From Ramazzottius varieornatus (lineage: Eukaryota > Animalia > Tardigrada): a stretch of DNA of 64,000 nt. A program made the position numbers and the translations under genes. Position 1 is the stretch's first letter; every line of letters begins with the position of its first letter. Below, one piece after another: positions 56,735 to 64,000 of the stretch. The notes beneath the pieces are model-generated. The model saw only the letters and a list, made by a program, of their open reading frames with translations. It ran no database searches and was not told the origin of the DNA. Location: positions 1,147,378 to 1,211,377 of the forward strand of contig BDGG01000014.1 of assembly GCA_001949185.1 (NCBI GenBank). Reading direction: 5' to 3'.

Positions 56735-59700
56735 ATGTCCCTGCAACCAGCGACGCCATCGCCAAACAATCCTCCAACCAACATTGATCCTCGACGACAG
56801 GAACTGCTGGAAGCTCGTCTTTTGGGAACCGGAAATTCCTCTAATTCTTCCAATGTAAATGTGATAACTGCGGGGCAGAACACTGGAAGCAACGGTGCAC
56901 AGGTGAGCGTTTGTCACATTGACAACAGCTGATGGCAAATATGCGGTCTATCAAGCACGTAAGGTTGCATGCATTATTATAGCAGGCCGTTTTGCCACCA
57001 GCTGTAATATTTTCATGGAAATTATGGTGTGTTTTTAGCGGCCATCTTCTTTCGTTTCTTGCAGTTTATTCCTCTCGCCGAACTTCCCTCCATGTCGATC
57101 AAGACGCCCCAGGCTCCATCCAGCCTATTCTTTCAACCAAGTCCTTCGTCGAACCTTTTGAGTGATATTTTGTCGCCAAATGGCGATATTCATGTGATGC
57201 AGCAAGCGCAGTCTTCCATGTATCTTTCCCAGCCACTGCCTTCGCACGCTACTCCCTCATACGAACCTTCCTTACCAGCAGTTACTCCTGGCGATAATTC
57301 GAACGTTAGCATGCGAAGCGCGTCCTCGCAGTCCGGAGAAGCTTCAACCGAGGTAAGACCGTCGCCTGTCGCAAATTTTGATTGTTTGATTGGTCCACCG
57401 ACCTTTGGTGACTGGCCGTCTGTAGTCTTGTGGCTATGTGTACACTCTTACCAATCAGAGACAAATCTGGTTCCTTATAATCTTACTGCTGACTTGGCGT
57501 CGTGATGACCGGTCATCGCTTACGTTTGCTTTTTTCCTGTCTTCCTTCTAGGTCGCGAACACCTCGATATCCAATGGTCCCGCTGCAGCCTCCAGCAACC
57601 CCTCGGCTCCTTCGGCCACGGGCACGATGGTGGTGGCGGAAATGAAGGGCTCAGCGTCCAGCAACTCCATCTCCCAACTGACCAACGAGTCGTTGGGTTC
57701 GGCCGTTCTCATTTCCATCCCCTCTTCGCCGTCCTCTGTCCCTGTCCTCTCCCTGGCGCCAACAGTTCAGCCTTCCTCAACCATCAGCGACGCTCGGAAG
57801 CGAAAGCGAGCACCCAAGTCCAACAGTAAGGACAGCAGCCCTGCTTCGACCAAGAAACCTTCAGCGGCCTTGTCCAAGTCGGCAGTGGAGCTGGCACAAG
57901 TGACGGTGGTCAGTAATGGCACGGGCAGGAAGCCCAACAGTAAAGTGCCGGACTACTACATCAAGACAACGCCGACCAGCGCGGCCCTGACCAGAGTGGC
58001 GCCTCAACCCAGTGCCGTGCCGCCAGCCGGTTCCCGATCGCCACTGCATCCGCAGGCTATCATGACGCAAACCAGCCTGACACAGGCCTCGCCCTCCACC
58101 GTCTCCAACGCTCCACCGTATAACAACGCCTCGGCCGGCAGTAACATGGTCACTTCCACCTTGGGAGGCATTCTACAAAATCATGTCGCCAGTGCTACTT
58201 CGCAAAACAGCGGTGGTGCGACAACGCCGAAGAATTCGGTCGCTGTTCAGGTAGCTTCAGCCGTTCTCACGATAGCTCTTCTCGAATGCCACGTGGGGTG
58301 TTTTTGCAGACGGACATTGATTTGAAGAGTATGGCGGCCATGATGGGCAAGTCCAATAGCGAAAAAGAACGACAAAGCTTCGAAGCGGTAAACATCCTCA
58401 GAGGTGTTTTTTTCCTTTCGGGACACGCTGGTTAATTCCACTGTTTGTGTTGTCCAGAAACTGAGTGAATTGCAGAAAGAAATCATGGCGCTGCGGCACA
58501 AGTCCACTCAGGCGGAGGAAAGGTTGGGCCGATGTGTGGACACGGAGAAGAAGCTTCTCATCGAGAAGGTACGCGGAATCATGTCAGTTGATTGGTTCGG
58601 ACAAGTGAGCATTATTCTTCTTTTCTTTAGAGCGCGATGGAGAAGAAGAGTGCGCGGTCGAAATCGGTGCATAACCGGATGAAGTTGGGGCAGTTTGTCA
58701 CGCAACGGGAAGGCGCCAACTTCGAAGAAAAATTCCTGGATGGATATGCTTTCATCGAACTTCACAAGTAAGCATTGAAATTTCAACTATGAGGACTCTT
58801 CGACAACGAAAAGTGAACGGTTTGACATGTGGGTTGTTGTTTTTCAGGAGAATGGATGAACTGCAGACGGAGAAGGAAGAGCTGGACCGAAGAAAGAAGC
58901 TGCTGAACAAGCGCAAGCCGACGGACCGCGTCACGGGACGGAAACCTAAAGAGGGGCGCAATGCTGTCGAGAAGAGCGAGGCTTCGTCGTCGTCCAGTCA
59001 GAATGCAAATTCGGAAGCTGACTCGTCCATGGCCCCACCAAGTAGTGTGCCTAACCCCAGCTTCTCCCTGTCCATCGCCTCCACTTCCACCGGCAATGGC
59101 CCGAGTAATTGGTCCACCGATTTCATCCAACCCGAGGTAAATGTTTGTCAGAAGACAAAGCGCGAAGAATAGGGAAAATGGGAGTAAAATTTTTTTATGG
59201 AATTTTGATTGTCGTTTTCCAGGCGAAAGAGTGGACGACTTCCGACTACTATCAAGAAGACGAAATTCTGAAGCTGCGGACGGCGCAACTGAAGAAGGAC
59301 GAGCAGGACTGTACAGCGGAGATGGAGAAGATGGAGCGCGATCGTCTTATTCACATTCGTGAGCTGAAGCGCATCTTCAATGAAGACCAGTCGGCCTTCA
59401 AGAGTAACCCGACACTGAACAACCGCTACCTCCTGTTGACACTCATCGGCAAAGGCGGCTTTAGCGAGGTCCATAAAGCCTTCGATCTGGAGGAGCAAAG
59501 ATATGTCGCCGTCAAAATACACCAACTGGCCAAAGAGTGGAAAGATGAGAAGAAGGCCAATTATATCAAGTGTGCAAAACGTCTTTTTTTTTTCATAACT
59601 CAGTGTATCAATCTCACGCACCTGCATACGGGTTTGCGCACTGAGCAACCAACCCGTTTGTACGCAGGCTTGTAATGGGGAATTCTCTCATTCATCTGCA

Positions 59701-61107
59701 TACCGATTGTTGCACTAGAGTTGCGTACCCGCCTGTATGTAGGTTAGTGATGAATGGTTCTTTCACACACCTGCATACATGTGCTGACACTAGTAGCATG
59801 GTTCACGTACGCTGGTACTTGATGTCGATCCGATCGTTCTCTGGATTAACTGGCGTTGAAAGTGTTTGATCGATAACGTTGTCTTGCAGACATGCCTTGA
59901 GGGAATACCACGTCCACAAGCACCTAACGCATCCCCGCGTCGTCAAGCTTTACGACGTCTTTGAGATCGACTCCAACTCGTTCGCCACAGTGCTGGAATA
60001 CGTCGAAGGTAACGATCTGGACTTTTACCTGAAGCAACAGAAGACCATACCAGAGCGGGAAGCTCGCATCATGATCTGCCAAGTCGTCAGTGCCTTGAAG
60101 TACTTTAACGAACTCAAGCCGCCCATTATCCACTACGACCTCAAACCAGGTAAGTTACCGGCTGAATTCTTTCTGTTTCACGAACTTGCATACATGAAGC
60201 TTTGTAGTTTGCCTAAAGCGCCTGTATGCAAGTGCCCTGAGCTTGGTCGATGGAAATTGTCGATCCTTCGTGTGCAGGGCTTTGTTGTTGCAGGGAATAT
60301 TCTACTGGGTCAGGGTAACGCCTCAGGAGAGATCAAAGTGACGGACTTCGGGCTAAGTAAGGTGTGTGACGAGGAGCACTACGATAGCGACGGGATGGAC
60401 CTGACGTCGCAAGGTGCCGGCACCTATTGGTACCTCCCGCCCGAAGTCTTCCAGACTTCCGAAACGCCCAAGATATCCAGTAAAGTTGACGTCTGGAGTG
60501 TCGGTGTTATCTTCTACCAAATGCTCTACGGCAAAAAGGTATGAGCTGTGGGCTAGTTAAAAACTAGTTTCACCGCCAAGTGAAGTTTACCGTTTTCTAT
60601 GGGTTGTAGCCTTACGGGGACAAACAGTCTCAGAGGGAAGTCCTGCAGAACTTCACAATACTGAACGCAAAGGAGGTGGAGTTTCCTGTTAAGCCACCGA
60701 TATCCAACGAAGCCAAGGTAAGGTTAAATTCTTAAAAGCAGTGAACAACAGAGGTAAGTTAGTAGTACCGTGATTCACGTACCTGCATACACAAGCGCTG
60801 CATTTAACACAGCGCTTGGTGTATGTAGGTGGAAAATGAGGCGCTATCCCGTCTCCCACACGTAAGGTGCGCGTGGAGGTTTATCGTAATAAGCGGAGAT
60901 CTTTTTGGGCTGTTGTAGAACTTTATCAGGAGGTGTTTGACTCTGAACAAGATGGACCGACCGGAAGTGAGGCAGCTGGTTCACGACGAGTACCTCCAGC
61001 TGGGTTCCACCAAGCTGACCAAAGGTTCGGCTTCCGCCGAGCGCAACACCTCTTCCGCCTTCCTCCCCGGTCAGACCACAGTCAACATTCACTACATCAA
61101 CCCCTAA
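56735..61107 (+). CDS. TLK: Tousled-like serine/threonine kinase (multi-exon)
   Basis: N-terminal [11 protein letters not shown]; coiled coil [18 protein letters not shown]; [25 protein letters not shown]; HYDLKPGNILL; [10 protein letters not shown]; [15 protein letters not shown]; final exon NFIRRCL..HYINP, TAA 61105-61107. Confidence 0.96.
59620..60830. repeat. Palindrome family B (ACCTGCATAC-N30-GTATGCAGGT) in TLK introns; further copies in CASC3 and MED23 introns and upstream of the TLK CDS
   Basis: Units at 59620, 59694, 59769, 60184, 60781; also 7502, 8269, 9005, 32738, 32816, 35272, 35348, 35988, 56416; spacers 28-31 nt, mostly exactly 30. Confidence 0.9.
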
Positions 61108-64000
61108 AGAGACGCAAGAATGGGAAAGAATCTTCCCAGACTTTCAGACGGCCACGACTAGTATACGGGTGATAATGCTGTTTTTCTCTTCTTCTACGGC
61201 GAAAGCTCAACATTGATATGCGTACACTTCAGACAGACGCAGAGGAAAGCGGTAGAAAAGTTTTGCAATAGGGTTAAGATTGTTACATTGGAATATGTCA
61301 GACAAGCTGAAACCAGAATCTTTATTCTTGAAAGAATATTATACTAGCTGTTCGACCGTTTTCTGCGTTCGCTGGCGTGTTTTCTGGTTTCTGTTGATGG
61401 AAGCAAAGTCTGCTTCATCCCTTCTACTGTAATATCCTGCTTTGTTGTATATCCTTCAGTTTTCTGCTTGTTGCTTCTTTTGGTGTTGGTTAAACTGATA
61501 GATTGAACGAGTGATCTTCGATTATATGACGTCAGCAAATGAATTTTCTCACATCCTTTTCTAAAGTGGCGCACACTTTCAGCTAGTATACCCTTGACGT
61601 GCGCCACTTGGGAAAAGGATCTTGATGACATGGTCTACCGACGTTTCAGTTTTTGGATGGGTAAGTTGTTCTTAATAGGTTGCCGCAGATGGCGCATACT
61701 TTGAGCAGTGACTGTCAAGGTTCCTCCTGCACGAGGACGTAGCTTTCCTTCCGTCATTGCTGTCCTTGGTGTACCTTTGCTCTTTGTTTAAAGGACGCAG
61801 AACTACGTAGTGGCATCGCACCCGGGCAGAGGATGAGAAAGGGCCATTATGCACCCAGCGACAATCTGTCATGTTCGCGTCATTTAACGCCCTGTTCAAA
61901 GTGCATCCAAGCCACTAAGCTAGGAACCAGCACTGGGTCCTGCAGTGGCTGCGGATGTAGACAAATCCGCTGAGGAGGGATTTTGGGAAAGTTTATACGT
62001 TTGACGCTCAGCCAAAGTATGTTTACAGTCGCCGACTTCTACGAAAATTGTTTATGCCAGACTTTCTGAAGATTCTATCGAGGCTTGGAAGAAAAGTCGA
62101 TCATTCGCTCACTGTGACTTTGATTCAAGATTGAGGGACTGTAGTAGGGTCCGTCCCATAAGGTGAAGAGCGCAGGGGAATTTGATGCTGAAGCAGAGAA
62201 GCCGTTGTGAGGCATTTGCACACAAGGTTTCCGTTGTGTTTGGTGATCAGCGAAAGTCTGTCACAATCAGGTGAACGGCGCATCCATCATGGCATCTTGG
62301 TCGCTGGTTGGTAACTGGCAAGTATGGCAATAAAGTAAAGCGAAGAGCAATTTAGTTGAAGACGGCAGTGGCCAAGTTGTACTTGAGGTTCGATTACCGC
62401 ATGGATAATGCAGCATATATACTGTAGTTCCCCAGCCCTCCTTGTTCCTCTGACAGACGGCCATCGACGTACAGTTGGGGAATTCGTACAGGAATAAGGA
62501 ATTTTTGTGTTGGACAAATTGGCGGTCTCTTGCCCTCTTCTTCCAGCTGGGCTGCCTGCGCTTTTTGCCCGTGTGTCTATGTATACGCAGTCCAGTACTT
62601 GAACGAGGAAATCGAGCGCAGATGTCAAACGTAGACTGTATTGTATCTCCTACACTAAAGATCCTGTTCTCCCCGAAACGTGTCGATCCCATTCCGTCTA
62701 AAGTTTACTTTTACATGTTGTACTTTACTTGTAGAAGACCTGGCGCTCGCACAAGATCTGACTTTACTCTTACGGTATTCTCACTATACGTTTCATTATT
62801 TTAAACTTGGCCTCAAAATTGAGTCGAATTTTACCGGGCCGTCTTTCATCTAATCATAATATTGACTTGTCAATTTAAGTCCTGGAAGTTCTTGTTTGAT
62901 GTAGAACGTAGCTTTGTGAATCTGATGATAGAAGCGTCATCAGTAAACACGGCACGCCCTCTTTCCTGATGTCATTAGAGTACGCTAGCAAGACCCATGC
63001 AGCTTGTTGGCCGGAAACGACCATACGTGAGGAACACGCAATATCAGGAAGAACATCCTCCATTTGTGTCAATTAGGAAGGCAAATTCATCGCTGGATTA
63101 ACTTTGCACTGATGGCGCACTTGTCTACAAATTCCCGGCTGTGTTTCCCCACCAATTCCTTATGGCGGATGTGGATGTTATCGGTCCTTGTCTCCATCTT
63201 GTCATTCAGGTATGAGTATATACAGTAGATGCAGTCAGTGAGTGACATTGATTTTGACCTGGTAAATGACTATTCTCTGTTCTTGTGATAAACGGATGAA
63301 GGTGAAAAGGTCGATTACTATTGTGCGATGCGTTCTGATAAATATTGTCCTCTTTCCCTGAGTGGGCACATTTACTAGGAGTACAGTACATGTCTGGGGA
63401 AAACCGTCCCGTTGGGTCTTGGAAAATATGGTGGTTGGTGGTAATCAAGCATGACAGTATAGATGGCGGTGTAAATGGACAGGGAAGAATGGCGGCCAAG
63501 CGGAAGCGTGACCGACTCACGGCACTTCTCCATCATCCGACCCTAAGATCAGAAAATAATGCAGGAACCACCACACAATTTGTGGCCAGGGTCTTCCCTG
63601 ATGAAAGACGGACAGAAGCCGTGATTGCTACCACGGGGGTGAATCAACAGTGAACAGTGCCATATTGACTTTACACCTCACTTAGGTACACTTTTCATGA
63701 ACCAAAACGCCGGTAATTATCTAAACCAACATGCAAAGTTTCTCCAACATCGATAAAAGGCCTCTTTATGTAGGGATCTCCCCCATAATCTTCTTCCTGT
63801 AGGCCAAATGCAGTCGCTATCTGCCGGACTATTCTGGCCATTGGCAAATTCTGCCATTTTTCTACGACACTTTCTGTCAAGTTGGTGCCCAGCACGGCCT
63901 TGACCAGCCTATTTGGAAGAAAGAAAGGCAGCATTTTGGAAGACAGCATTTTCATATTTGAATCTTTACCTTCGAAGCACGTGATGCTTGATGGAGAGAG

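Noticed and set aside
59620-59816. CRISPR-like look of conserved repeats with about 30-nt variable spacers
   Set aside because: Arms are inverted pairs of only 10 bp, arrays have 2-3 units inside eukaryotic introns, and no cas genes are present.
61670-64000. Possible minus-strand spliced gene at the window end
   Set aside because: Splice-like signals and short ORFs exist, but no consistent frame or recognisable protein could be assembled.

Overview
Eukaryotic (metazoan, compact-genome invertebrate; a tardigrade-like genome is only a guess from short introns, moderate GC and protein divergence) window with spliced genes: a dead hAT transposase (1.2-4.9 kb), CASC3/Barentsz (+), GLYR1/N-PAC (+), IRE1 (+), a GT31 beta-1,3-galactosyltransferase (+), BLCAP (+), MED23 (-), eyes absent/EYA (-), a divergent Aladin/AAAS-like WD40 gene (+) and Tousled-like kinase (+). 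It also holds several DNA transposons/MITEs with readable TIRs/TSDs, including a multi-layer nest at 26.3-30.1 kb. Two most notable observations: (1) EYA has both catalytic HAD aspartates replaced by Asn (WNLDET, GNGPEE), so it is either a natural pseudophosphatase or a candidate for restorative A-to-I editing; (2) two unrelated families of intronic palindromes (ACCTGCATAC-N30-GTATGCAGGT and CCAAGTGGCGCAC-N25-GTGCGCCACTTGG) share one geometry (50-51 bp unit, fixed-length spacer of variable sequence, 72-78 bp tandem period) across many genes. Exon boundaries were read by eye and gene identities come from remembered family motifs, not database searches.
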